DNA of 64,000 nucleotides from a virus: IMG/VR virus record IMGVR_UViG_3300028653_000010; one strand, 5' to 3'. Shown piece by piece: positions 18,868 to 31,461 of this stretch (position 1 is its first letter; each line of letters starts with the position of its first letter). The notes under the pieces were generated by a model. It saw only the letters and a program-made list of their open reading frames with translations, ran no database searches and was not told where the DNA came from. The position numbers and the translations under genes were made by a program.

Positions 18868-21054
18868 TCACTCAACTACACCAGAACCAACCGCTTCCAA
18901 GATAGCTTTCCCAAATCCAGTGTTTCTAGCTATAACCTTATCATTGTCGATTGCACGTTGGACAGCCCCGCGGTCACCAAGAACCCAAACCTTCTTCTTT
19001 GCACGGGTAACCGCCGTATAGAACAAGTTCCGTTGAAGCATACGCCCATGCTCTCGAACCATTGGCAGTATAATAGTGTCGAACTCACTGCCTTGGCACT
19101 TATGGACTGTGATTGCGTAAGCCAGCCGGAGCTTCTGAAGTACATCGCTCTTCTGTATTTCAACGTTGGCGTCAAGACCATCCTCACCCAGACCATGGAT
19201 CCTGACACGTAAGAAGTCAGAGCGGATGTCCACAAGTTTGCCCATATCTCCGTTGTAAACCCCAAGTTTGTAGTCATTCTTAATGACCATGAGGCGGTCG
19301 CCAACCCTGAAGAGCATCTTCCCGAAAGACACCTCCATCTTACCCATCTCTGGTGGATTTAGGACTTCGCGTAAACGCTCATTCAGGTTTGTAACCCCAA
19401 CAATACCATCATACTTCGGGGATAGTACTTGGAAGTTAGCGTCACGCTCCTTGAGCTTGGCCGCCATCTTCACGATCAGGTCTGGAATTCTTGAGTCATC
19501 CAAGGACAGAAACCTAAAGTCCGAGTTGTCATCCCCAGTCAAGATGCCATCACCTCGATTGATTCGATGGGAGTTCACGACAATCTCACTCTTCTGAGCT
19601 TGCCTGAAGATCTGAGTCAATCGTACTGTGGGTATCGCTGGGCAACGTACTAAGTCTCGAAGAACACTACCAGGGCCAACCGACGGCAACTGAGCATCAT
19701 CGCCGACGAGAACAAGGATAGTCCCCTCCTCGAGAGAACTCACCACCCTAAAGAATAGCTCCTGATCCACCATTGACATTTCGTCAATGATCACAGCCCC
19801 GATAGGGTACTTGTTCCACTCGCTGTAACCCCACTCCTCACCATTGAACCTGAATGTCCTGTGGATAGTGGCTGCCTCGCGACCGGTTACCATGGCCACC
19901 CTCTTTGCAGCGATCCCTGTGGGAGCCATCAGCTTGAACCCTACGCCAGCCCTGTCAAATAACTCGACAAAGGTCTTGATAACCGTGGTCTTTCCAGTTC
20001 CTGGCCCCCCAGTAAGAACGAGAACTCGATTGCTAAGTAGCTTGTGTACTGCATCTTGCTGGGCTTCAGAGAGACTGATCTGGTGGATATTCTCATAATT
20101 AGTTAGGAATTCCTTGATGTCCACATCGAGCGCAAGTGGGGTCATGAACTTAGCCAGGTACTCTGCTGACCGACGCTCGAAATTGAACAAGGAGGGGAGA
20201 TAGACTCCGACGTCTGGATCGATGAATACCTTTCCCTTTTCCTGCAACCTAGCCGTAGCTTCAATCAAGTCCTTGGAGAGGTCTGTGCTCTCAAATGACT
20301 CAACCTCAGCCTTCATAGACTCCCTGAGATTCATTGAAAGGTCGCCCCGGCGAAGACACAAGTGTCCTGACTGAGATGCCTCTCGCAGTAACCACAGTAC
20401 AGCCCCTTCGAATCGGCGAGGATCACTCTTGCTGATCCCACGAGACTCGGCTACCTCGTCAACTTTATCAAATTCGAACCCGTCAACCTCCAGTAAACTG
20501 TAAGGGTTTTCTGAGATGGTCTTACGAGCCTCAGATCCGAAGGCATTGAACAAGGCCTTCATTTGCTCGGAGGTCACCTCATGGTCAGCAAGAAGAGCCG
20601 ATAACTCAGAGCTAGTTATAGCCTCAGTCCAAGCACTGAGCAGTGATGAGGCTGTATCTGCATCGAATCCGGGGACCTCCATTAAACGTGCTGGCTCCTC
20701 GGACAGAATCCGGAATGAGTCCTTACCGAACTTATCAATCAGATCAAAGATCTTGCTCTCATCCAAGATCCCCAAACAGTAGCGCAAGAAGTTCTCGACC
20801 CCCACGTCTGAACTAGCCCAGGGCCCCCAACCATTAAATGCGAACTGTCGCCCAAATTTAGGGTGAAGTACCCACTTACCGAAGAGTTCAAGGGGGACCC
20901 CGGGGACAACACCCTGAATCCCAAAGAACCTACCCTTACAAATGATTTTAGAGTCGCGCGAGCGTGGGTCAGGATTCAAAGGCTCTACAGTGATGATGTA
21001 GAAGTCCTCAGCCTTGTGGATGATCCCTGTAACCAAAACCTTTAGTGAAGTCAT
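18868..21054 (-). CDS. recD2: RecD2-like SF1B helicase
   Basis: 'GKWVLHPKFGRQF', GGPGTGKT, 'DEMSM', 'GDDAQLPSVGPG', 'AITVHKCQGSE'. Confidence 0.93.
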   Translation of the reverse strand: MTSLKVLVTGIIHKAEDFYIITVEPLNPDPRSRDSKIICKGRFFGIQGVVPGVPLELFGKWVLHPKFGRQFAFNGWGPWASSDVGVENFLRYCLGILDESKIFDLIDKFGKDSFRILSEEPARLMEVPGFDADTASSLLSAWTEAITSSELSALLADHEVTSEQMKALFNAFGSEARKTISENPYSLLEVDGFEFDKVDEVAESRGISKSDPRRFEGAVLWLLREASQSGHLCLRRGDLSMNLRESMKAEVESFESTDLSKDLIEATARLQEKGKVFIDPDVGVYLPSLFNFERRSAEYLAKFMTPLALDVDIKEFLTNYENIHQISLSEAQQDAVHKLLSNRVLVLTGGPGTGKTTVIKTFVELFDRAGVGFKLMAPTGIAAKRVAMVTGREAATIHRTFRFNGEEWGYSEWNKYPIGAVIIDEMSMVDQELFFRVVSSLEEGTILVLVGDDAQLPSVGPGSVLRDLVRCPAIPTVRLTQIFRQAQKSEIVVNSHRINRGDGILTGDDNSDFRFLSLDDSRIPDLIVKMAAKLKERDANFQVLSPKYDGIVGVTNLNERLREVLNPPEMGKMEVSFGKMLFRVGDRLMVIKNDYKLGVYNGDMGKLVDIRSDFLRVRIHGLGEDGLDANVEIQKSDVLQKLRLAYAITVHKCQGSEFDTIILPMVREHGRMLQRNLFYTAVTRAKKKVWVLGDRGAVQRAIDNDKVIARNTGFGKAILEAVGSGVVE

Positions 21055-22943
21055 GAACTTACAAGGGAGAGGAACTCCTCCTCGGTGATGCACTTGGTAC
21101 CGTACTTGCGCGCCGTCGCCGCCTTTGTTGTACTAGTATCCGCCAGAACGAGGTAGGTTAGCTTCTTAGTGACAGAGCCCTTGACCTCGCCACCATTGAC
21201 CTTGACCATCTGCTCAAGGTCCCCGCGCGGGTGTCCCATCTCACCGGTAAAGCAGAAGTACATTCCTGAGAACTTACCTCGGATTGGTTCCTGTACCCAA
21301 ACCCCTACCTTGTCCAGTTCGTCTACGATCTGACTGTTATCTTTGACCCACTTGGATAGTACTGAAGCCTTAACAGGACCTATCCCCTTGATCTTGCTCA
21401 GGGTTACAGTATTAAGCTCTCGCAACTTGTAGATGTCGTCGTATCCGGAGTCCATCAGAAGCCTGATAGTGGACTGAGCGATTCCCGGGATACACAAGGA
21501 CCCGAGCAGCAAGTCGAGGGGGAGGATCTTCTTCTCATGAAGCAAACCAAGAGCCTTGGCCGCTGAAGTTGCACCCATGCGCTCGAGACCAGCTATCTGA
21601 TCCTCGGTGAGTCGATACAAGTCAGGAACTGACTTGACCAACCCTGTTGAAGTCAACTTCTCCAACAGGACGTCCCCCCACTCTAGAATACCGAGGTTGG
21701 TAAGCCACTGAGATAACCTACCGACAACCTGAGCCGGGCAGCCATCTCTATTAGGGCAAGTGTGGAACTCGCCCTCCGAGACAACCTCAGCCCCACAAGA
21801 GGGGCAGACTGCCGGAGCCGAAGCGATAGTCCCCACCCCGGTGATCACTGAGACTACGCGCGGGATGACATCGTTAGCCCGAGCAACTAGGATCTTAGAC
21901 CCTACGTCGAGCTTCAGGGTGTTAATGTATCTCCAATTATAGAGGCTGGCATTCACGATCTGAGCCCCTAGAAGGTTGACTTGATCAAAGTTGGCTACTG
22001 GAGTGATACGCCCGGTACTACCGGTTTGCCAAGTGATAGAGCGAAGAACTGTCTCTCGGGTAGCCGGAGCAAACTTGAAAGCTATCGCCCCCAAAGGACG
22101 CATGTCCCTCTCGCCAAGACCTTCTTGCTTACCTAGGTTGTTAATGACAAATACCAAACCATCAATGTCATAGTTCAGTTGATCACGCTTGGACTGATGA
22201 TACTCAACCCAGACATCGAGCGGAGTCCTCGACCCGGGTTTCATCTTCGACAAGCCCCACCCAGGTGATTTGAACCCCATTGAATCAAGGAATTTGAACT
22301 GATCAGCTTCAGTATCAAGCTTAGGGCCACCCAATACCTTGTAGAACAAGACTGTCAAGTGCTCACAACTCTGACCATCGTAGCGCTTGGCTATTCCACT
22401 AGCAGCATTTCTAGTATTGGAGTAGTTAGCCTTGAAGTAGTTATCGAAGTCCGTCTTCCGGATGATGATCTCCCCGCGCACTATGCAGGTAGTCTTCCTT
22501 GGGATTCGATTAGGAACCCCCTGCATCTTTGCTACATTGGCGGTGATGTCCTCACCAACCTTCCCGTCACCTCGAGTCAACGCTTGAGTGAGCTTACCAT
22601 TAACATAGCGTACAGAGATTGAGATCCCGTCCAACTTCTCTGAGTACAACAAGTCTTCATCCGGAGCATAAGTAGTAACCCACTCAGTCATTTCCTCCAG
22701 GGTGTTTACCTTGTCAAGAGATCCCATCTGTACAAGGTGCTTGACCTTGGACCACTCAGAGACTGGGGGAGCCCCAACTGCCTTCAAGTATGGGCTGATA
22801 TCATTCAGATCTGATAGCTCATCGACCCAAGCGTCGTATATCTCATCCGAGACGATCGGCGTCTTGTTGTAGTAATCGTCCCGAGCCTTAGCAATCAGAC
22901 CCTCAAGTTCCTTAATCCGATCTTCTTCTACGAAGTCAGTCAT
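21051..22943 (-). CDS. ligA: NAD-dependent DNA ligase
   Basis: 'EKLDG', 'TRGDG', 'RNAASG', 'AIAFKF', Zn finger, HhH, BRCT. Confidence 0.96.
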   Translation of the reverse strand: MTDFVEEDRIKELEGLIAKARDDYYNKTPIVSDEIYDAWVDELSDLNDISPYLKAVGAPPVSEWSKVKHLVQMGSLDKVNTLEEMTEWVTTYAPDEDLLYSEKLDGISISVRYVNGKLTQALTRGDGKVGEDITANVAKMQGVPNRIPRKTTCIVRGEIIIRKTDFDNYFKANYSNTRNAASGIAKRYDGQSCEHLTVLFYKVLGGPKLDTEADQFKFLDSMGFKSPGWGLSKMKPGSRTPLDVWVEYHQSKRDQLNYDIDGLVFVINNLGKQEGLGERDMRPLGAIAFKFAPATRETVLRSITWQTGSTGRITPVANFDQVNLLGAQIVNASLYNWRYINTLKLDVGSKILVARANDVIPRVVSVITGVGTIASAPAVCPSCGAEVVSEGEFHTCPNRDGCPAQVVGRLSQWLTNLGILEWGDVLLEKLTSTGLVKSVPDLYRLTEDQIAGLERMGATSAAKALGLLHEKKILPLDLLLGSLCIPGIAQSTIRLLMDSGYDDIYKLRELNTVTLSKIKGIGPVKASVLSKWVKDNSQIVDELDKVGVWVQEPIRGKFSGMYFCFTGEMGHPRGDLEQMVKVNGGEVKGSVTKKLTYLVLADTSTTKAATARKYGTKCITEEEFLSLVSS

Positions 22944-22946
22944 GAG

Positions 22947-23225
22947 TTACCCCTGATTTGAACCTGGTTTTTCTGCAGGGTCGGACTGATCAACAAGGGA
23001 CTTCTTGTGTAACTCCTCAAGAATCGAGACTGAGGCCATCGGGGTCAGAACGAACCTAACCTCTTTCCCATTCAGCATTGCAATAGCTGGGATAGGGTCA
23101 AAGGATAAAGGGTCACCAGTCTTGGGGTTTACGGTGCGGATGGTTACACTCCCAGTTACTGGGTCAACCTCGACAGTCCCTTCGACAATGTAGATCCCCA
23201 AGCTCTTGATATCAATATCAGCCAC
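22947..23225 (-). CDS. Hypothetical protein
   Basis: 92-aa ORF with GAGG SD. Confidence 0.65.
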   Translation of the reverse strand: MADIDIKSLGIYIVEGTVEVDPVTGSVTIRTVNPKTGDPLSFDPIPAIAMLNGKEVRFVLTPMASVSILEELHKKSLVDQSDPAEKPGSNQG

Positions 23226-23314
23226 ATGAACCTCGTTCGAGTTGAAGCCTTAAATTGCCAAGGCTCCCCTTCAGTGACACCGAAAGAGAGCCTTGTTGGA
23301 TAGATTAAATCACG

Positions 23315-25261
23315 TCAGCGAACTGGGCACACACCGCTGGAACACTCTTCAACCTCGAAGTCGCCACCACGCACCAAAGGATGCTTGTGGTCAATCATGG
23401 AGTATAGACGTTCATACTCATCCTTTGAGCAAGCCTCTAGAGGAGCCTGAGCATACCCATGTACCTTCGGAAGGGTAGAGGTACTCTTGAGGTACGGTAC
23501 ATACTCCTTCAAGCAATCAGCCAACTCAGCGCGCTCACTCTCGGCAAATGATAAGGTAGCAGAGACAGCATTATCTGCCCACGAACCCTGAACGGCCTTC
23601 TGTCGATCGAACTGATCACGAATGGTCTCATTCTGAACAGTAACATGATCATTCAAGGACTTCATTGGGAAAGCGAACACCCAAGTATGCCCACTCGTGT
23701 CGTAGACATCATCTTCGAAGGGTACCCCAGCTTCTGCCATTGCCAACGCCATAGGGTCGTTCTTGGCGATCCTGGTGCGTCGAAGGTAGTAAGCAGCGTA
23801 GGGGGCGTGAATGCCTGGGCTTGACCCATTGAGTAAGGAGATAGTCCCTGAGGGTTTGACTGTTGTAACAGCAATTGGATCAGCCACTCCAAGTTCTTTG
23901 GAGTACGAGGTAGCTTCATCACGACACAACTGATACCATCGGCTCAATTGGGGTTGAGTCCAATCGAAGTCACAGAGACCTCCGAGTCCTACTCCAACTC
24001 GCATGTTCTGCTTCTGAACGCTGTCAGCCCGCTCATCTAGGAGTGGAGTCAACCTCTGGCGCAAGCAGTAGCGAGTGATGAGCTTGAATACCAGGTCAGA
24101 ATCAGTGTTAGCCTCGAACTTAGCCGGGAAGACCTCAGCTAGGTTGCATGCTTCACGGTCATGAAGAGGTACTTCACCACAAGGATTGACCCCTTTAGCT
24201 CCGGCATCAGTCTTCCATACGAGCGGTAAGTTGAGGATCCCAGGCTCCCCACTACCATTCTCGGCCATGTCCTGTACGAGGGAATCCCAGTCGAAGTTCT
24301 GGAGTTGCTCCCAAGAACGGAAGGCGATCGTATTGTTGGACGTGTGTCGGTGAGAGATCACCTTGTCCATGTCCTTCTTCGCATCTCGGAAAGCCTGGTC
24401 ATAGGCATCGCCGATAGCAATCAGAGCTGAACGACGAACGTTACCCGCCTTGATGCAAAGACCGATGTAATTGGTAATATCCAAGGCCTCAACCGAGTTG
24501 AGACGTCGACCAGCAGCTCCACGAACTATCAGCCATGAGTTGCGCAGAAGATTGGTGAGCGGTCCGGGACCGCAAGCGATACCACCAAAAGTTCGAATCG
24601 GCATACCCCGGGCACGAACCTCTGAGACATCGACAATCAAGTCCTTGGCATAGAAGGCAGAGGTGAGTACGGTACGAAGCGCCTCAACCCAACCCTCGCG
24701 CGAGTCAGGTACTCGGAATATTGGGGTCTGACCGTTGAGGTAGCTCTTTGCATTCGGATTGACATCATTGACGTCGGGGTGGATATCCGAGCAGAGCACA
24801 GAGAACCTAGCCTGAGGCTCTCGTTGAACCACTGGAAGAGTATCGATCTCCCCTAGGCCAACGCCTACGCCACCACCGAGCATAAGTTGATTGGCAGTCC
24901 AGCACCAGTCGTCGATCCCATAGAGGGTCGTGTACCAGCAATTGTAACGAGCATCCGCTGGGATCCCTTCAACCCCACCTGTCCAGAGACCACGACCTGG
25001 AGGAAGGGCTTGACCCGTCCAGAACAGGTGGAACAGGATCTTTGCTTCCTGCTCATTAATCGCTGCAGCCATAGATAGGTTGGCTTCCACAACACGACGT
25101 ATCGTGTCAGTCCACGTTTCCTTACCCCTGCAGTACTTGTTGAGGTAAGTAGACCTCGCCAGCAAGCTCTGAAACGGATCACCCTCTTTATAGTAGGGCG
25201 ATAAGAAGTCCTCGGAAAAACGAAATCTCTTCGGTTTCAGAGTAGCATTTATGATCAACAT
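23315..25261 (-). CDS. nrdJ: Class II (B12-dependent) ribonucleotide reductase
   Basis: 'PPGRGLW', 'YNC', 'GNVRRSA', 'NPCGE', 'TVKPSGT', C-term 'CSSGVCPVR'. Confidence 0.93.
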   Translation of the reverse strand: MLIINATLKPKRFRFSEDFLSPYYKEGDPFQSLLARSTYLNKYCRGKETWTDTIRRVVEANLSMAAAINEQEAKILFHLFWTGQALPPGRGLWTGGVEGIPADARYNCWYTTLYGIDDWCWTANQLMLGGGVGVGLGEIDTLPVVQREPQARFSVLCSDIHPDVNDVNPNAKSYLNGQTPIFRVPDSREGWVEALRTVLTSAFYAKDLIVDVSEVRARGMPIRTFGGIACGPGPLTNLLRNSWLIVRGAAGRRLNSVEALDITNYIGLCIKAGNVRRSALIAIGDAYDQAFRDAKKDMDKVISHRHTSNNTIAFRSWEQLQNFDWDSLVQDMAENGSGEPGILNLPLVWKTDAGAKGVNPCGEVPLHDREACNLAEVFPAKFEANTDSDLVFKLITRYCLRQRLTPLLDERADSVQKQNMRVGVGLGGLCDFDWTQPQLSRWYQLCRDEATSYSKELGVADPIAVTTVKPSGTISLLNGSSPGIHAPYAAYYLRRTRIAKNDPMALAMAEAGVPFEDDVYDTSGHTWVFAFPMKSLNDHVTVQNETIRDQFDRQKAVQGSWADNAVSATLSFAESERAELADCLKEYVPYLKSTSTLPKVHGYAQAPLEACSKDEYERLYSMIDHKHPLVRGGDFEVEECSSGVCPVR

Positions 25262-25276
25262 TTGAGGCCAACTCCT

Positions 25277-26254
25277 TTAGGACGCAAGTTCATACACAGC
25301 CAATTCAACGAGGGTTCTTCGGTGGCTGGTACGTTTCAGATCTACATCTAATCTGGATAACATCTGCATATTGCTGACAAGCTTCGCTACCGTTTGCCTC
25401 TCAGCTTGAGGTAGTACAGCCTTTTTGAAGCGATACGGGTGCATACCCAAACGACCAGCTATATCGTCCGGGGACACCCCTTTATCTAACAGTGAACGAG
25501 TGACGAACAGTCGCTCTACACCTTTGATCAAAGCTCCCAAGATCATGAGTGATGGATCCTCAGGAGCATACTTGAAAACCTGGGATACTTGAACTAGAGC
25601 TTTCTTCCAATTCTTCAAGAATACTGAGTCGGCTACATCCCACGAAGCTAAGTTACTAGTGGGGGCCATGACGAGATCCAAGTGCTCTTTAGTTACAATA
25701 CCCTTGCCGAGTAGTAACTTGAGCTTGTGGACCTCACTTGAAAGTCGGTACAGGTCATCGCCTGCCACCTTGAACATGAAGGTACCGATAGCACTGTCGA
25801 TCTTCAGACCAAGACGTGCAGCTTCATCCTGAACCCACTTCACAACATCATTGTTGTCCTCCCAGGTCTTGAGCTTCTTGTACTCTCGGATAACAGCCTT
25901 GGGCCCCAACTTGGACCAAGCTCCCGTAACCGAAGCAGACCTAAAAATACCAACTAGAATTGCAGACAGATCCTTGGCTTCCAGACCATCCAGGTACGAT
26001 TTGAGAGCCTTATCAACCTTTACCTTGTGTGCATTATCAACAATCACTAAGTTAGTTGGGGAGTTGTCTAAGTCGTCGAAGTTGATCTGATTAGAGACGC
26101 ATGTGGACACTACCTTAGAGCCACTAACCTCAGAACCATCAAGATAGGTAATCGCGTACCCCTTGGTACTACCAAACATCTTGATATCCTGATCTAGGAA
26201 GAATGGTTCCTCGCCAAAAGACACGACTACTGGTGTTGTGAATCGAAATCCCAT
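25277..26254 (-). CDS. holA: DNA polymerase III delta subunit
   Basis: 'GEEPFFL', 'GDDLYRLSSEVHKL', 'LGMHPYR', 'DVDLK'. Confidence 0.85.
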   Translation of the reverse strand: MGFRFTTPVVVSFGEEPFFLDQDIKMFGSTKGYAITYLDGSEVSGSKVVSTCVSNQINFDDLDNSPTNLVIVDNAHKVKVDKALKSYLDGLEAKDLSAILVGIFRSASVTGAWSKLGPKAVIREYKKLKTWEDNNDVVKWVQDEAARLGLKIDSAIGTFMFKVAGDDLYRLSSEVHKLKLLLGKGIVTKEHLDLVMAPTSNLASWDVADSVFLKNWKKALVQVSQVFKYAPEDPSLMILGALIKGVERLFVTRSLLDKGVSPDDIAGRLGMHPYRFKKAVLPQAERQTVAKLVSNMQMLSRLDVDLKRTSHRRTLVELAVYELAS

Positions 26255-26257
26255 GAC

Positions 26258-27208
26258 TCACCCACCACAGAAGGTCGTGGCAAACGCCGACTTCAATTGA
26301 AACCCTAGGTTAACGTATGACGACTCATTCCTGTCACTAACAGTATGTAGGCCCTCCCACAATTTGCTCCAAGTAGAGGACTTTACACGAGATCTCATAG
26401 AAGATAGTTCTTCCTCAAGGTCCTGATTAATGACTCTAGACTGGTCGACACCGCCAACAAGGACATCATGCACCAAGAAGATCAAGAACTTGAGGGTGAG
26501 GTTCAGTTCCTTACTCACCTCATCAATTACTGAGAATGCAGACGACACATCTCCTATCGCGCTGGATTCCAACATGGTAAGCGCACAGTCTCTTAATGTG
26601 AGGCGATTAGCGCCCCAATACTTTATGGCTCGGCCTACCGAACCTTCACCTAGGCGAGCATAGACAAGTGCTTTATTAGGGTCGAGCTCGAACTCAGATA
26701 ACCTCTGAAATATGAAGGATTCAGGCAAACGACGAAAGTTCACCCGACCACACCTTGAGCGAATGGTAGGTATCACCTGGTCGTACGATTCTGCTAGGAG
26801 AAAGAACCTAGACAACGCAGGTGGTTCCTCAATCTTCTTCAGAATAGCGTTCGCCGCCGCTGGAGTCATCCGATCCACCCCATCGATAATGAAAAATCTA
26901 TGTGGTGCTGAGATCGGGTGCATTACCGAGCGGTCTAGCATCTCACGTATCGGTTCGACTCCAATCTCCTTACCCTCTGGAGCCGATACAGTGACTACAT
27001 CAGGGTGAGTTCCGTTCCTCACTTGAATAGCCTCTGGACTGGTGGCGCCCCTCTTGGCTACAACCATCTCCAGCACAACCTTCATTACCGAGGATCGCCG
27101 CCCTGTGCCCTCATCACCAACCAGTAGCAACGGCTTATCTACAAAACCGGCTACAAATCGACGAAGGTATTTAACAGCTTCTTCTTGGCCGACTATGTCA
27201 TCTAACAC
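26258..27208 (-). CDS. holB: DNA polymerase III delta-prime subunit
   Basis: 'DIVGQE', degenerate Walker A, 'HPD', 'AANAILKKIEEPP', 'PTIRSRC'. Confidence 0.9.
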   Translation of the reverse strand: MLDDIVGQEEAVKYLRRFVAGFVDKPLLLVGDEGTGRRSSVMKVVLEMVVAKRGATSPEAIQVRNGTHPDVVTVSAPEGKEIGVEPIREMLDRSVMHPISAPHRFFIIDGVDRMTPAAANAILKKIEEPPALSRFFLLAESYDQVIPTIRSRCGRVNFRRLPESFIFQRLSEFELDPNKALVYARLGEGSVGRAIKYWGANRLTLRDCALTMLESSAIGDVSSAFSVIDEVSKELNLTLKFLIFLVHDVLVGGVDQSRVINQDLEEELSSMRSRVKSSTWSKLWEGLHTVSDRNESSYVNLGFQLKSAFATTFCGG

Positions 27209-27395
27209 TTTCCACCGAAGGCGGGAGGGATAGTTCGTACTTCTTCGGATCAATTGGTTCCAGGAACACACAAACTCTGTAGTTCTGACCACACTTCACA
27301 CAAAGTAACCGTGTGACTTCCTGGCCGCTTGATCCGAGATGGCCTCCACAGCCTTCTTGGGTACACCGCATCACGCCGAGTACTGGGTCACTCAT
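27198..27395 (-). CDS. Small zinc-ribbon protein
   Basis: CxxxxC and CxxC; coupled to neighbours. Confidence 0.6.
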   Translation of the reverse strand: MSDPVLGVMRCTQEGCGGHLGSSGQEVTRLLCVKCGQNYRVCVFLEPIDPKKYELSLPPSVESVR

Positions 27396-28075
27396 TTTGG
27401 TAACAACCCTTTACTCAGCAAAAAGCTATGAACATTGTAGTAAGCCACATCTGAACGAATAGTGTCCCCTTCAATGTCAGCCACGACACCTGCTATCCAA
27501 CTATCGATATCCTTCGGATTTCTAGACATCTTGTAGTAGGACCAATCAAGAAAGTGAGTCCTAATCTTCTGCTTCAGCTGGCTCGAGATAACTCCGAACA
27601 ACCAGTAGTTAGCTGCAAAGGTCATCGCGTACCCTCGCTTCTCCCACTGGACTCTCCACGGACTTGGCCAAGGCGCTAGGACTACAAGACCTAACCCCAA
27701 GTAAACCAATGAGTACAAGGTATGGCCTCCTATCACGCAAGCGATAGAGCCAAATAATAGCGGAATGAATAGAACTTGGGGTAAGAGGTATGAGAACCTA
27801 AACCACCACCCGTGTTGGACAGCATCAAGTAAGTGAACTCTCTCATGCGCTAGCACGATCAATGAATCAACTGGTTTCTTCTCGTACTCAGCCTGAGATG
27901 GAAACCAAACTACCGGGTAGAACGTGGTGATATACCCACTCAAGTACAGTGGGTTAAAGAACAAAAGCACCCCTAGTAACTTCTGAACTAGGCTCTTGTC
28001 CTTCCACTTCACTGAGAAGGTTGGGATATACGACCTAGTGTTAGCCTCAAATTCCTTAAGGGTGCTTAGTTCCAT
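27392..28075 (-). CDS. Membrane protein with HExxH (putative zinc metallopeptidase)
   Basis: 'AHERVH', downstream 'EKRGY', hydrophobic segments. Confidence 0.65.
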   Translation of the reverse strand: MELSTLKEFEANTRSYIPTFSVKWKDKSLVQKLLGVLLFFNPLYLSGYITTFYPVVWFPSQAEYEKKPVDSLIVLAHERVHLLDAVQHGWWFRFSYLLPQVLFIPLLFGSIACVIGGHTLYSLVYLGLGLVVLAPWPSPWRVQWEKRGYAMTFAANYWLFGVISSQLKQKIRTHFLDWSYYKMSRNPKDIDSWIAGVVADIEGDTIRSDVAYYNVHSFLLSKGLLPK

Positions 28076-28082
28076 GATCTAC

Positions 28083-28319
28083 CTAGAAAGCCACATAGCC
28101 GCCAGTTGGTACGCCCCAAATATGCATGCACTCAACGCATTGATACATACGATTGTGAGGGGCCCCCTGGACCTCATTCGTAACCTGCTTGTTCAACTCA
28201 GTAGCTCTAACCGACTTGCACCTCTGGTTTGGGCACTTCAGGTGGATGATCTCAGGTTGAGGTGCTTTTTGGTTTGCAAGACCTGGGTTTACGCCTTGTG
28301 CATCGAATCTATCTGGCAT
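28083..28319 (-). CDS. Small zinc-ribbon protein
   Basis: 'CPNQRC..YQCVECMHIW'. Confidence 0.7.
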   Translation of the reverse strand: MPDRFDAQGVNPGLANQKAPQPEIIHLKCPNQRCKSVRATELNKQVTNEVQGAPHNRMYQCVECMHIWGVPTGGYVAF

Positions 28320-28327
28320 TTGAATAC

Positions 28328-28714
28328 CTATGAGGATTGAGGGAACGCTACAGTGAACAGTTGATTGAGTACGTCGAGAATTCTCTGGTACAACTCATCA
28401 GTCTGATCAATCGTCGAGGCACTAGCTAGGACTGCAATATGAGCCACGAACAGGGTTGGCTCCGGAATGATGGTTGTATCAAACGACCCATCCGTGACAT
28501 ACGGAAGAATCTTGACCCAATCGTCCCACCTAATGACGACATCGATGATACCAGGGTTGTACAAGCGAACATAGGCGACCTCGTTGAGTACACCTTTGGT
28601 CACTTGAGCCTGATGACGATAGTAGGCAGCCATCGCTCGGGCTACTTCTGGAGTGTCAGCCCTAGTGAGCCGCTCTGGGCGCCGTCCCGCTATCTTGAAC
28701 AGTCTCTGGTCCAC
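28328..28714 (-). CDS. Hypothetical protein
   Basis: 128-aa ORF in tight gene order. Confidence 0.6.
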   Translation of the reverse strand: MDQRLFKIAGRRPERLTRADTPEVARAMAAYYRHQAQVTKGVLNEVAYVRLYNPGIIDVVIRWDDWVKILPYVTDGSFDTTIIPEPTLFVAHIAVLASASTIDQTDELYQRILDVLNQLFTVAFPQSS

Positions 28715-28732
28715 AACTAGGACCAGGGATAA

Positions 28733-31065
<2,333 letters not shown>

Positions 31066-31461
31066 TCATTTACCTTTCCTAACGGACCTAACAACCGAAT
31101 CAATCTCATTTAGGTCCAGATGTGGAGGGTCTGGAGGCCCAAACGACTTCGAGTACGCAATCTCATGAACTCGTTGAGGGTTGAGATCCCCGCGCCGACG
31201 AACCCATGGGCTTGTATCTGCTACCTTGTGCTGTCGACTCTCTAACCAACCTAGAGCATCAAGAAGTACGAGCTGTGCTGTCAACGCTGAGCCGTCCCAA
31301 ACCTCTACTCCATCCGGATTTAGAATTGAAGCTACCCAAGAGGTTTGGTCTTCTGAAGACCCAATCTTGAAGACCCATTCAGGGTCGAGACGGAGCGTTA
31401 CCTCATCTTTGATTCGCTCTTCATCCCAAGTGTAAACTTCAATGTCGAGGCTCATAGTCAA
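31066..31461 (-). CDS. Hypothetical protein
   Basis: 131-aa ORF overlapping the SPOUT gene. Confidence 0.65.
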   Translation of the reverse strand: MTMSLDIEVYTWDEERIKDEVTLRLDPEWVFKIGSSEDQTSWVASILNPDGVEVWDGSALTAQLVLLDALGWLESRQHKVADTSPWVRRRGDLNPQRVHEIAYSKSFGPPDPPHLDLNEIDSVVRSVRKGK

